From Octopus vulgaris (Eukaryota): a stretch of 64,000 bases of DNA. Made by a program: the position numbers and the translations under genes. Location: positions 136,710,001 through 136,774,000 of the forward strand of contig OX597818.1 in NCBI GenBank assembly GCA_951406725.2, in the 5' to 3' direction. This document shows positions 26,122 to 40,610 of the stretch, piece by piece; the stretch's first letter is position 1; each line of letters begins with the position of its first letter. Below the pieces are notes generated by a model. That model was not told where the DNA came from. It ran no database searches and worked only from the letters and a program-made list of their open reading frames with translations.

Positions 26122-27839
26122 CAGTGTATATGTGTATATATGTGTGTGTCAGTGTGTATATATTATATCATCATCATCATCATCATCATCGTTTAAAGTC
26201 CGTTCTCCATGCAAGCATGGGTATATATATATATATATATATGTGTGATATATTTACAACACCTTTCAGTTTCTGTCTGCGAAACCCACTCACAAGGCTT
26301 TGGTCAGCCCAGGAGTATAGTAGAAGATATGTGTTGTCCAAGGTGCCACACAGTGGGAATGAATTCAAAACCATGTGAGTGGGAAGAAGACTTCTTAAGG
26401 TACGGCCACACCTATATAATGCTTGCACATGTATGCATGAACACGCGCGCACACACAATTATGACTCAATGTGCGTTTGTACATTAGCAGCAGACACAAA
26501 CAACTGCATGGTTTATATTTTTAAAGGGGCAGAGTTTGATGAAGAGATTAAAGCAAAACTATAAATAACTCTTCAACAGCAAAATAAAAAATAAACTATA
26601 AAGAAACAACAACAACAACAAACAACAACAACAAAAAAACCCCCCTTCTCCTCCACTACATCTTGTTATCATTCTAGTTTTCTGTCAATGTTTGTTTAAA
26701 CTGTAATCTATCTATCTAACATGGCCACAACATCTCTGTGTGTGATACCGGTTTGGTGGGAGATCAGAAGATTGGAATAAAATGTTGAAAACATAGCATA
26801 GATTATAGGGCTTGTGTAGCAGTAGTAGTAGTAGTAGTAGTAGTTGTAGTAGTAGTAGTAAATAGTAGCAAAAATAGTTTTTGTTGCAATAGTAGTACAT
26901 ATAGTAAAGGTATATTTTTGTGTCAGTAATAATAGTATTAGTATTGGTAGTAGTAAAAATGGTTTTTGTAGTGGTAATAGTTATAGTAGAGGCCGCAAGC
27001 TGGCAGAATTGTTAACAAGCCGGGCGAAATACTCAGTAGTATTTTGTCTGTCTTTACATTCTGAGTTCAAATTCTGCCGAGGTCGACTTTGCTTTTCATC
27101 CTTTCGGGGTCAATAAATTAAGTACCAGTTACGCACTGGGGTTGATGTAATTGACTTAATCTCTTTGTCTGTCCTTGTTTGTCCCCTCTATGTTTAGCCC
27201 CTTGTATATGTATCTTTGAATTTCAAACTTCATGTGTTGGAGGCACATGCTATTATTGGGGAAAATAAGGGCATTGTATAACCTGACTTTGAATTTCTGG
27301 TTGATATCCCAATGATATCCCAATGCAGGATCCTAGTTTAGTTAGTTGTCTGTGAACTGACCATATATGCGCGTGTGTGTGTATGTGTGTGTAAGTGTGA
27401 AGATAGATATATGCAAATGTGTATATGTGCAAGTATGTGCACATATAATTATGTATGCATATGTACATATAGGAAGGCAGTCCATCTTTTCATGTCTTTT
27501 GAACCATTTCTGCTTTTACATGACAAATTCCAGGAAGATGATGAAAAGGGTATGGGATAATAGTTAACCTTCTCTTAGATCCACTTCAAACCAAATCAAT
27601 CAAATGACCATTTCTAATTTCAGCAGGCTAAGTACTGTTGCATGGATCATCAATAATTTGCAGTATCTTGGGAGAGCTATATCCAAGAAACACAAACTCT
27701 TATCAGTAACAGGAATGGAGTTTAAAAAGAATCATCTTCATGACACCGTGGCCTTCGGGCTAAAACATTTTTAAGGATTTCAAGGATTTAAGAATAGAAT
27801 GAAATGTAAAACTAAAGAACTTGAGAGGAGAGACTCAGT

Positions 27840-28390
27840 TTGGTTTTAGACCTAGAATAGATATGGCTAATGCCATTTGTTATAGACAGACAAATAAATG
27901 GTGTGATAAAGCAAAAGAACATCAAGTGTCCTTACTCTTCATCTTTATTGACTTTAAAGTTGTATTAAACACAATCTAGAAGGTTCTGTGTATGACAGCA
28001 GAGGATGTAGATCTCCTAAGATAGTGCAAATCATCTAAACGCTATACAACAATACTGAGTGTGCTGTAGTCTGGGATGGTCATCTGATGGATTGGTTCGA
28101 AGTGGGTCAAAGATGATGTTTACCTGCTAATCCCATGCCCTTATCATCATCATCTTGGGACTTGTTATGCAAAAACTGAAAGACTTGGATGAAAGTCTGA
28201 CAGTCACGGACTCCTTCACCCTTGAAATTAGTCATATTGACAGCATGAAATGGCAACAATATGTATGACCATTGTTAAATTGGAAATATCTGCCAAACAA
28301 TTAGACAAAGCATGTAAAGAATGGGGCATGAAAATAAATAGTGGCAAGTGCAAGAGCCTGTCACCTCACACAAAATTAATCACAGCAGAC
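27840..28390 (+). pseudogene. Decayed RTE-type RT fragment
   Basis: FIDFKVVLNTI, KIVQII*TLYNNTECAVVWDGHLMDWFEV, LDKACKEWGMKINSGKCK. Confidence 0.8.
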
Positions 28391-28654
28391 ATATGTACGT
28401 ATATCATTATTCAGTTTTATTCTAAGATTTCTTGTCAATAGAGAATGAATTGGTTTCTAACCTAGATCCAAGGATCCTTCATTAGAATTTCAACAATATC
28501 AATACTTTTGCATGTATGAGTGTATATGTGCAATATTTGGAGTCAGTGCACATGCAAACTTGTATGTTTTGTTTTATGTGTGCATTTTCATGCATATAGT
28601 TGCATGTCTATGCATGCACACATATACTTAAATGATAAACTTCTAGAAAGTATG

Positions 28655-29130
28655 TATTGGGTCATCCCATAAATAATGCAGTTTTCTTATACTTCTTTTA
28701 TTTTTAAAAATTAAGATAAATTACTTTTTTAATCTAAAATATACTCTCCTTCATTTTCTACAATGCTCTTCCATCTATTGGGTACACTTGCAAGGCCCTT
28801 CTTCCAAAATCCACTTGTCCATGACAAAAAATATTCCTCCAGTACTGTTCTGACCTCGTCTACAGAATTCATATTTTTTCCATCCAAACGATTTCAAAGA
28901 CTGCAGAATAGATGATACCCAGATAGGGCAATGTCCAGTGAATATGGTGGGTGGGGTATCATTTCCCATTCCAACTGCTCTAGCCTTTTTAATGTCATCC
29001 TCAATGCATGTAGCTGAGCATTATCCTGATAGAAGAACACCTTTTGTCTTGAAACCAAAGTTGGTCATTTTCCTTCTAGCACTGACTTAAGCCACTCAAA
29101 TTGCTCACAGTAGATCTCCTTTGTTATCGA
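28655..29130 (-). pseudogene. Mariner 3' fragment with putative TIR
   Basis: Minus strand QDNAQLH, LEWEMIPHPPYSLDIA, RWKSIVENEGEYILD*. Ends in TA-ttgggtcatcccataaataatg. Confidence 0.85.
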
Positions 29131-29763
29131 AACAGCATGAATGTAGCCTAAATGCTGCACCTAAAGTGTAAATTACAAAAGTGGTAATATTTCAATTGAC
29201 CATTGTAATGACCAAGCCTAAGATTTATGATTTAAAATCTACATTACAAGAAGAGATACATGCACAACAAATTATTATATTGCCACAAGAGGTTTGCATT
29301 TACCATTATCTTCAATGAGAAAGAGGTAAATCCAATGACAATGGTGATATAAGATGGCTGGAATTACCTCCCAGTTGGAAATCCAGCACCTCAAGGTTGA
29401 CTGCCGCAGGCTGTTTTTCTTGGCCATAGAGCAGCCGGGCAGGGCACATTGTTCACACTACCGCCGCCGCTGCTGCCACCAACGCTACTGCTGCCGCCAC
29501 CACCACCACCATCATCACAGCCTAAGAGCCATACCTATCCTGCAAATTAACTAGGAGTTCATTACTCCCAAAATGACCTCAGAGTGCACTCCTTCACCAT
29601 CTCAAGTATTTCTGTGTGGTGTTACCTGATATACCTTGATGCCATGCTGGGTTTATCCATCCTTTTGATGAGTCTTATTTTTAATCTGCTGGATTTCTAG
29701 CAACTGTGCTTACTGAAGTAGTTTAACAAAGGCATAATTTTGTTAGTTGCCTATGAACTGACA

Positions 29764-29794
<31 letters not shown>

Positions 29795-29992
29795 TGTATG
29801 TATGTGTGTGTGTGTGTGTGAGTGAGTGAGAGTGTGTGTGTTGTGTATGTCATGTAAATACATCTATATGTATGTGCACGTAAGTGTGAAGATAAATATA
29901 TTCAAATGTGTGTGTATGTGTGTGCACCTATGTGCACATATAATTATGTATGTGTATGTGCATATAGGAATATGGGTTTCATGGTTATAAAC

Positions 29993-30028
<36 letters not shown>

Positions 30029-32099
30029 CCATCTATGTACATATGTATTTCATTTGCATAATGATAAAAAATGTGCAAGTATACAAATCAACCTGCATGC
30101 TTTATGTGCACCCATATGCATATGAGTGTGTGATTTAAGCATACACACTCACATGTGCACACCACATACACACACATTTCTACTGTTCCTATCAACTAAT
30201 TTCTACTGATAGGGTATAAGGTCAACCTGAGGCCACAGTAGAAGCCACTTACACAAGTTGCCACACGGTGGATCTGAACCTGAAGTCATGTGGCTGTGAA
30301 GCAAGCTTTCTTAACCACACAGCCATGCTTGCTCACACAAGAACATCAAACAGCCATGTAGGTATAAAAATGTGCATGTGTATCTAATGAACTACGAGCA
30401 GAAGCAAAAAGGAGGAAGTGAAGACGTATTCTTTGATAAAAAGAATATATTATAAACATTATCATTCCAAGGTGTCATATCCATTTTATGTATTTTCCTT
30501 CATAAAAATGCCCATATATATATATATATATGTATGTGTATGTTGTGTCTGTGTGTGTAGAGAGAGAAAGAGGGAGAGAGTGGGAAGGAGGTAGTATGTA
30601 ACATTTTATTAGTCAGAGGCCTGAAAATAAAAATGACAGGGAAACATATATTTGGTAAGGGGGCAGAAAGGTGTGTGGAGAGGGAGATGGAATGGAGAGT
30701 GGAAGGGTGGATGGAAGAAGCAAAGAAACCTTATAATGTTAAAAGATTTTCTTCTATCTTGGACTGTTGCAAAGGAAGATAAGATGGCGGGAGTGCAGCA
30801 GCATGGTGTAGACACTTATTGCTGTAAAGGGCTGGTTTATGAGAGTAAGGCAAGCAGGGGGTGATGACGGCACCGGTGGTGGTAGTGGTATAAGGAGAGT
30901 AATGGTGGAAAGCTGATAGTTTCAGGTAAATTGGTGAAGTCTCAAAGGAACTCAGCAGACAGGTATCAATGTTAAGAAGTAATTAATTTGATTGGATTTG
31001 TTTTTAATTTTTAATGCATGATTTTATTTTATCTTTTCAACATGTTTTTAATGAAAATTCTCTAATGAAAAACATTTGGAAAGGTAGAATAAATTGGTAT
31101 TATATGTACATGTATACATACATACACAAACTCATACATACATATAAGCATACATATAAACATATTCACACACACACACATATATATATATCATGCATGC
31201 ATACCTATACACACATACAAGGGCTAATTATAGTTTACAATATTTAGTTACACAAACATTCATACACACTTAATAAAAAGAAATAACTGTATAAAAAATT
31301 TTTTTTAAATGAACAAAATAAAATAAATTTTTTCTAAAATCATCAGATCAAAATTTGGTTTTCTATTTCTTCTCAGTAAGGAATTAGGTGGAGTCTGGTA
31401 AGATTTTTATAGATGAAGGTTGGGCTGGGAGGTGTTAGTAAATAATATATTGCTGTCTAGGATGGGACTGTCTGGAAAAAACGCCAATGTAGGGAGAGAA
31501 AGGGATCATGTGGAGACAGTATATATAATGTACATACACTATATGATGTGTAATATATAATGTAGGTATGTAGAACATAGATTTATCACTCACACAAGGA
31601 TAAGTGCTGGTACTTATGACTCTTTTCAGGATATCTGAGATTAGTGGGGAAAAATTATCCTCAAACCAGAGACTTGATTTAAATGCTTGCAACCGAGTGG
31701 ATTCTGCTAAATGCACGCAAGAACTAGCTGGTGGTGCTAAATCAGGAGCCGAGTTAAGTTTACATATCTTGGGATGAAATGTAAAATTGATCTCAGAAGC
31801 ATTTGAACTCACAACATAAAGAGCTGGAAGAAATACTGCAAGATATTTCTTTTAAAGTTTTAATGATATTATCAGCTATGATGATGATGATGATAATTTT
31901 TGGCACAACGCCAGCAATTTCAGGAGAGCGGGTAAGTCAATTACATCAACCCCAGCACTCAATTGGCACTTATTTTATCGACCCCCCCCCAAAAAAGGAT
32001 GAAAGGCAAAGCCAACCTTGGTGGAGTTTGAACTCAGAACAGATAAACTACTGATAAGCATTTTGCCTGGTATGCTGAGGATTTTGCCAGCTCGTTGCT

Positions 32100-32131
<32 letters not shown>

Positions 32132-32343
32132 CCTGTCAACTATAGGCACAAGGCCTGAAATTTGGGGGAGGGAGACTAGTTGATTACATCAACCCCAGTG
32201 CTCAACTGATACTTATTTTATTGATCCTGAAAGAATAAAAGGGAAGGCTAAACTCGGTGGAATTTGAAATCAGAACACGAAGAAGAAGGAAATGCCACTA
32301 TACATTTTGCCTGGTGTGCTAATGATTCTGCCAGCTCACTGCC

Positions 32344-32386
<43 letters not shown>

Positions 32387-32405
32387 TAATAATTGATAAT
32401 AATAA

Positions 32406-32741
32406 TTGATACCAAATGACATGAATGTTGAGAGTAAAGAGGTTGAAAAAGTCATCAATTACTCCGAATTGAAGGTGGAAATGGCAATATGGTATGGAAT
32501 GCAAGAGGGTAATGTAAAAGTGATACCAGTTGTGATCGGAGCATCGGGCTCAATGCCATTGAATCTTAAAGACTTCTTAAGGCAACTGGAAATCCCATGC
32601 AAGATTGATGTCTTGCAAAAAGCAGCCTTATTGGGGCACAGCATACATCTTAAGGAAAGTATTACCTGACTGAGGTCCTTGTTGAGACTTGACAGATGAC
32701 TAAAGAATATGGTGCATTTTTACCTACTCTGTGTTATGAAG

Positions 32742-32790
<49 letters not shown>
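32406..32790 (+). mobile_element. 3' end of an R4/Dong-like non-LTR retrotransposon (restriction-like endonuclease) with (TAA)n tail
   Basis: IPNDMNVESKEVEKVINYSELKVE...KVIPVVIGASGS...LQKAALLG, short 3' UTR, (TAA)n on both sides. Confidence 0.85.
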
Positions 32791-32802
<12 letters not shown>

Positions 32803-33669
32803 CCTTTCTACTAAAGGCACAAGGCCTGAAATTTGGGGGGAGGGGACTAGTCAATTACATCAACCCCAGTGTTTCACTGGTACTTAATTCATTGATCCTG
32901 AAAGGATAATAATAACAACAATCCTTTCTACAATAGGTACAAGGCATGAAATTTGTTGGGAGAGGGCCAGTTGATTATATTGACCCCAGTGCTTGAGTGG
33001 TACTTATTTTATTAAACCTGTAAGAATGAAAGGCAAAGTTGACTTTGGTGGCTCAATATTCTTTTACTTGTTTCAGTCATTTGACTGCAGTCATGCTGGA
33101 GCATCACCTTTAGTCGAATAAATCGATCCCAGGACTTATTCTTTGTAAGCCTAGTGTTTATTCTACCTGTCTCTTTTTGCTGGACCACTAAGTGACGGGG
33201 CTGTAAACACACCAGCATCAGTTGTCAAGCGATGGTGGGGGTACAAACACAGACATGTGAATGGATTTGGTAGACGGAAACAGAAAGAAGCCCGTCATAT
33301 ATATGACGGGCTTCTTTCTGTTTCTGTCTACCAAATCCACTCACAAGGCTTTTAGCCAAACCGCTAAGTGACAGGGACATAAACACACCAACATCGGTTC
33401 TCAAGCAATGGGGAGGGGACACACAAACGCAGACACAAACAACAAACACATACATATATATATACAGCAGGCTTCTTTCAGTTTCCATCTAATAAATCCA
33501 CTCACAAGGCTTTAGTTGGTCTGAGGCTATAGTAAAAGACACTTGCCCAAGGTGCCATGAAGTGGGACTGAACCAGGAACCATGTGGTTGGGAAGCAAGC
33601 TTCTTACCACACAGCCACTTCTGTGCCTTATAGTAACAACAACATCAATAATAATAATAATAATTGTTT

Positions 33670-34240
33670 CAGTTTTGCCAATATTGTTAAGTCAATCTGT
33701 TATTCAAACCTAGTTAGTTTCGCTTTATTGGCAAGCATGCACTGCTCCAGCTCTTCAATTACAGCATTCAGCACTTTTGTAACGACACCATACTTCGTCC
33801 ATTTTTCAAATTTATGATCATTCTCCAATTCTCCTTTTCTTTCCCTGTCAAATACTGACATTATACTGCTCAGAGAGCTTATATCTTATGACATTCTCCT
33901 TCTTCACCAAGTTGTTTATTTCCTTTTCTTTCTGTCAATGTCCTCTTCTCATTGATCTTCAACTGCATTCTCTCTCTTTGCAACAGTTTTACTCGCAGCC
34001 TTGATGAGTCCATTTGTTTGTGAGATGTTCTTTGTTTCAATACATTATCGTCTTCACTTGCTTCTTGATTTAGTTTCCATTGGTTACCCTTGTAGAAGTA
34101 CTTCATAAATTCTGTCTCTTCTGTATTTAATTGATCCAAAACCCTGTTCATTATCATCTGATCTTCATCATGTACTTGTTCTCTGATCCCGATTTTTTTT
34201 TAGCACTCACATCAGTATATTCTTGTGAACAATTGTCCAT
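33670..34240 (-). pseudogene. Decayed N-terminal segment of an R4/Dong-like ORF
   Basis: Minus strand KYGVVTKVLNAVIEELEQCMLANKAKLTRFE resembles the pre-RT region of R4/Dong proteins. Confidence 0.55.
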
Positions 34241-34308
34241 TTCTTCTTCTTCTTCTTCTCCTCCTCCAACACCTCCTTGTCATCGTCATCATCCTCATCT
34301 TATTATTA

Positions 34309-34879
34309 TTGCCCTGATGCAATAACAGGCAGTGTCACTCATGGACTCTGATCTGAACTGAACGAAAGCGTTAATATGTACGTGTTTTGTCTTTCCAGTG
34401 TAAAAGATGGGCTACAGCAAATATTCTACCCAACACTACAGATTTGCTTGCCAGTTGCTTAACGATAACCAGTTGAGCATGTCCCTTAATGGTTAATGAT
34501 ATATGCATCTCTGAACATGAGCATAAGTAGTGGGGGAGAAGCATAACCATATGTTGAGAAGGATTCTTTGAGGTTTGAAATTATTCAAACCCCTAAGAAT
34601 CCCCTGAAAGCATAGGTGTTGTATTCATCATCCTTTAACAACCTTTATTCAGGGAGCTTTTCAGCGGGCTGAACTACCTGACCTGAAGAAAAATTCTAAG
34701 TGGGTCCTACCTGCAAAGGCATGTGCTGTTTATCTTAATATGGAGCTTAGTTGTACACATATGCTTGTGCTGCATGTATATACTATATCCTTATCAGATA
34801 AGTAGTCATGATGGATGTATTGGGCTTTGTATATTTGTACCTCAGTGTTACTTTGATGCAGTGTACTGCTCTCTCACTC

Positions 34880-34880
<1 letters not shown>
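34309..34880 (+). mobile_element. Family C copy
   Basis: Starts tgccctgatgca, ends ctctctcactct(aat)n, aligns by eye with 11890-12447. Confidence 0.8.
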
Positions 34881-34921
<41 letters not shown>

Positions 34922-35520
34922 TAATAATAATAATAATACTCTCTATTACTACTACACTGAACTATAAATATCCCCAAAATTTACATCTTGAAATCCTTTT
35001 AACGTGTGTGATGTATAAACATAATTATTGTTTCTTCCCAAAATCAACACAAAATGACATACTAATATGTTTGTGCCTGTTGCCAATAAATTCTCAAACA
35101 ACACAAGTAAGAATGCCAAGAGGGATTTAGTAGTTCTTTGAGCAAAGACTAAGTAAATTCTCCAGCTTGTCAATATATTATGACATGGTGTTATAGTAGT
35201 TTCAAATAACAAATCCTCTACATGCCACCACCTCACCTAAGCTGTCTTTTATAGTTTAGAATGCCATCTAAGCAAAATTCTACTCACATTCTAATACACT
35301 CACACACACACATGCATGCATATGTATATCTATCTATCTATCTATCTAGGTAGTGATCTATTATATATATATTTAACATTATAGTCGATTTTGATATAAT
35401 CATAATTGTTAAGTTTTATGTTTCTAGTTTGATAATAGAGTTTATTATAAGTAAAATTATTATATCATTTATATCTTAAAAATATTGTTTAAATATTTCT
35501 GATTATATTTTAGATATTTC

Positions 35521-35596
35521 AATTAACCTGAAGATTGACTGTAACTATAACTCGAATTATTACGAATTGTACAGCCATGAAACGATTGTAGTGTTT
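35521..35596 (+). ncRNA. Type I hammerhead-like motif
   Basis: CTGAAGA-t-tgactgta...tacagcca-t-GAAA-cgattg-TA-gtg. Near-palindromic stem III, GUA cleavage triplet, weak stem I. Confidence 0.55.
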
Positions 35597-35728
35597 TACT
35601 CTTTATCTTTTATTAAACTTTTAATACTTTTGATATATATTTAAAATAATATAAATTAATTAATTTTATGTATTGGCTTATGTTTTTCATTGTTTGATTT
35701 GCCTAATAGTGGTTTTATCTCTAATTTA

Positions 35729-35788
<60 letters not shown>

Positions 35789-36677
35789 GAGGGAATGTTA
35801 TTACAAACTTACAGGGAAAAATTCAATTTAGAAAAACTAAATCAAATTTCATAAAATATAATATATATATATATATAAATAAATTATATTTTTGCACATT
35901 ACTTAATTATTGTTATATGCTTTATCTTATATTTAATCTTTCTATAAGATGTAATTTTTCTAAATGGTATAATTTAATTTTTCATTATTTGAATTGATAA
36001 AAGGTGTTTTTTTTTCTAATTTACATATATATATTGATATATATATATATTCTTTAACGTCCATTTCCCATTTTGGCATGGGTTGGATGGTTTGACAGAA
36101 GCTGGCATGTCAGAGAACTGCAGCAGGCACCAATTGTCTGTTTTAGCATGGTTTCTATGGCTGGATGCCCTTCTTAATGCCAACCTGTTTACAGAGTGTA
36201 CTGGGTGCTTTTTTTTTTACATGGCACAAGCACAAAAGCATTTTAACATCCACTTTTTCATGCTTGCATGGTTTGGATGGAATTTGTTGAGGTGAATTTT
36301 CTACAGGTGGATGCTGATGCTCTTCCTGTTGCCAACCCTCACCTGTTTCCAAAAAAAAAGTAATATTGTTGCACTTGTATTATATTGACACTCATTTGCA
36401 ACTACTATGTGATGTCAAACCAAGTAGACAATAACACACACACACAAACAATGGGCCTCTTTCAGTTTTCATCGATGAAATCTAGCCACAAGGCTTCAGT
36501 CAGCTCAGGGCTATAGTAGAAGACACTTGCCCAATGTGTCATGTAGTGTGACTGAACCAAGAGTCATGTGTGATTGGGAGGCAAACTTCTCACCAAACAG
36601 CCACACCAGTCCATCAGTCTGTCTGTCTCCCCATCTATCCATCCATCTATCTACACACATAAATATATGCATGCATG

Positions 36678-36714
<37 letters not shown>

Positions 36715-38823
36715 AAAAGAGGAGTGTATTTCCATGCAGGAAAAAATATAGGAAAATTTGTTGTTGAAAATGCACCTAAATTTGAAAAACTTGTAATCGC
36801 TTAAAATAAATTTATTTACTTATATACCAAACTAGTTTCAACAATATATATATATATATATATATGTTTTACTCAACCGTTGGTATTTGAGTACTATTAT
36901 CTTCAACTTGTTTCACATCTAAATCTCACACATGTTTCTATATATGAGTGTATATGCAAGTGAGTGTGTGTTTCAAAGTATTATGTGTCAATAGTTGGTG
37001 AAGGACTACCCTGAAAACAAGTGGACAGTCATAGTGTGTGTTTCTACACACACACACACATGCCATTTTGACATGACCTCACATTTCAAAAGAAAAGATC
37101 TCGTGTGACACGGTCCTCAGTTTTAGCCACAAGATATTAGAACGTTCTTCAATTTGGAATCTAAGTATGTTGATCGATGACTGTATTCAAAAGCAGCACA
37201 TCAAACATTTGTTATTTCATGGCCTTGAGAAACAGTCATCACATCAGAAGAATGTCTTTGATGCCAGATGAAGAAATATAATCTATTTCTTCATAACAAA
37301 ATCTGTCTAGATCAGTCCGTTATTTCTGTCTATCAATCTCGACAGATGAAGAAATTCAACAAATACCATTTCTTTGTACATTCCACTTAAGATTTTTCTG
37401 ATAGAAAGTCATTCTTTCTCCCACTTTATACTTTCTATGTCATTCTTTTGTGTTACTATTTAATCGATATTTACTTATCAGCACCACTGACTTCAAGAGT
37501 TTGATTCTACAAGTCATTACCTGCGTTTAGACTTGAGCCTGACACTAAAAGCCCATAGTACACGGTAAGCTGTATATCATCATGATACTAATTCTTTATT
37601 CAAGCACTCAGTCTCTTACACAGAGGGGACAACACAAGGACAGACAGAAAACCACGGTGGGGACAAAAAGCACAAAATGAATGAAATAAGCAAAATGTTA
37701 TATAACAAATGAAGATGGAATGGGTGCATGACCCCCACCCTCAAGTAGTGCCATTTGAACGTTTTTACAGACAGTTTCTAATATTTTCTTTTTCCTTTTG
37801 TTTTTTTCCTTAGTATCGTTTTTTTAAAAAAGAAATTTTACTTACTCTTTTTATATGGACCCTGTTTGAGAACCACTGATACACGAAGGAAAACACCTGT
37901 GGTGGATTTGGACTGAGGAACTATTCTATAACCATGTTTGTTCATTTTCCATCCATTTTTCCATCTCGGCATGGGTTGGATGGAAACTTATTGAGGTAGT
38001 ATTTTGCAACCAGATTATGCTCTGACTTATTTTTCAAATAAGGAAATTAAAAAATTTTTTTTTTTATTCCAGTGATTTTTATTCCACCAGTGGATAGGCT
38101 GCACCCTTAGTTTGTGGTTGTCAAAGTAGGTGTTCGCCGTTTACTCGCAGATAGGTCACACTACAATCTGGGGAGTTACACTGCCCCCTTTATAATGAAA
38201 ATACAACTAATATTTGTTAAATATTATCAAATATTTACCTTTATATCAAAACTTTGCTTACAAATATTAAAACATTTTTGCGGAAGTGGCTTTATGAAAG
38301 TAGTCTAATTGATAAATCAACCCGACTACTAATACGTCACCGTCTATTTCAGATCCCTGTGATGTCGAATGGATAGGTTGCACCCCTGATTTTTATCGAA
38401 ATTTTTGGGAAAAAAAGTGTGACCTATTCATGAGTATATACAGAAAGCATTTGCTTCTTAAAATCTCCTGAGGATTAAAAGACATTTGCCTTTTGTTTAC
38501 CTGATCATAGCACAGTGTTAGAAACAAAATGCAAAAGGTCAATTCTTTGATTAGCAAGTTAAAAATTCAGGAGTTGAATACATAAGTTATATTTATTCAT
38601 CAATTTCAAGAGAATATCTGAAACTTTATAAATATCATGGTCATAAATTGGTTCCCAAAATAAATATAATTTCTGAGGAGACTGTTTATTCTATATTGTA
38701 TATTCTATATTTATTATTGTATATACACATATATATTGTTTATTCTATATTTATTATTGTATATACACATATACACAAACCTTCATACATATTAAACACA
38801 CACACACACATATATAATAGAAA

Positions 38824-39207
38824 TCTTTATATATAAAACTAAAGTTGTGTGTCTGTCTCCTACGATTTAGATTCCTAACTACTCCCACATTTTGCGGTGC
38901 AGTTTAACCTTAACCGGGTATCTTATAGTCGTGATTCATATCAAGCCCTTCTGGGTATTAGCGCACGTCTACGATGAGTCTACGATTTAAAAAAAATTAC
39001 CATCATTTTTTTCCATTTTAATGCATTTTTTCGCTATTATATAAGGGAAGTAACTCTCTAAAAATGTCTACGATGAGTCAACGATTTAAAAAAAAATTTA
39101 CCATCATTTTTTCCCCATTTTTAATGCATTTTTTTGCTATAACTCTCTAAAAATGCTTATATAGTTATTTCCCTTACAACCCGAGCAACGCCGGGCAATA
39201 CTGCTAG
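38824..39207 (+). mobile_element. Non-autonomous Helitron
   Basis: A|TC 5' end, subterminal hairpin cccgagcaacgccggg, CTAG|T 3' end, no TSD. Has an internal ~90-bp duplication. Confidence 0.88.
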
Positions 39208-39279
39208 TATGTTATAAAAAGAAAATAGAAACTATACGTGGAAATGTAAGGGGAAAGTAAGAAGAAAAATAAGCGAAAA

Positions 39280-40315
39280 TGCACATTGGAAATAAAAAAA
39301 AGCAGTGTGCTGTTATGTACCTGCAGAAAAAAATGGTTCAGCCCCCCATGTCATGCTGACATGGTTGCTACATTAAAGGATGACACTCCTGCTTTATCAG
39401 GAATGCAAAAGTGGGCAGTTGAATTTAGGAGGGAAAGGGGGAGTTTTGAAGATGATCCAAGGTCTGGATGTCCTGAAGCTGCTACCACCAAGGAAAACAT
39501 AGATTGTGTTCACTACATTGTGATGGATGACAGGTGGTTTGCTATTAATCAAATAGCCAATGCTATTAGCATAACCTGAGAGAGATTTAAGAGTATTCTG
39601 CACAGTGAACTTGGGAATGATGAAGGTTTCTGCTTGGTGGATGCCCCGTCTTTTGACACCTGATCACATCGCAGGAAAATCTGACATTGTAGGAAGCAGA
39701 TCCAGCAGGTTATCTTCAACATTTCCTGAACCAGGATGAGTGTTGGCTCCACTGCTTTGAGCTAGAGACAAAGAGACAATCCATGCAGTGGAAAAACACC
39801 TCCACACCTGTTCCAAAGAAGGCTAAGGTCGTTTTATCTGCAGAGAAGGTGATGGCCTCAGTTTTTGTTGGAAGCAAAAGGCACTGTGTTTATTGGCTAT
39901 CTTCACTTGGGCCACACCATTGATGAAAAGTACTATCTTGCTGAGACAGTTACAAAAGGCTATCGAGACCAAACACTGAGTAAAACCAATGAAAGGGATC
40001 TTGTTGCATCAGGACAATGCTACAGCATATAAATCCTTCGTTTCAATGTACTTGACTGTGGCTTTGAACTGATTGATCACCTTTCTTATTCTCCTGATCT
40101 GCCCCCCATCCAACTATCATCTGTTTCTCAACATGAGAAAAACACTTGGTTGTTGGTGGTGGTGGTGGTGGTGGACCAGTATTGCAGTAATGATGATGTC
40201 ATCTCTGGTGTTGATGATTTGTTCACCAACAGGATGAAAGCATCTTCACTAATGAGAACCAAGTACTGCAACACCGATGGAAAAAGTGTATGGACTACAA
40301 GGGGTACTATGTTCA
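39280..40315 (+). pseudogene. Decayed mariner transposase
   Basis: KWAVEFRRERGSFEDDPRSGCP, KVSAWWMPRLLT, DECWLHCFELETKRQSMQW, KVMASVF, LHQDNA, LIDHLSYSPDL. Many stops and frameshifts. Confidence 0.9.
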
Positions 40316-40546
40316 TGTGTACATTATATGCATGCATATATGAACATGAATATCTACAAGATGTAGAAGACTGCAAGGATGTATACCTGTGTGTGCGTAT
40401 ATATATATACCTGTATGTATATATAATTTCATGTAATCATGTGAGAATGAAAATTTACCAACTTAAAGGTCATGCAACAACACAGAAACAAGTGTTGTAA
40501 TTTGTAATTAAAGCCTGTTTTTCCATCTTCTATAAATTGATATGTC

Positions 40547-40610
<64 letters not shown>

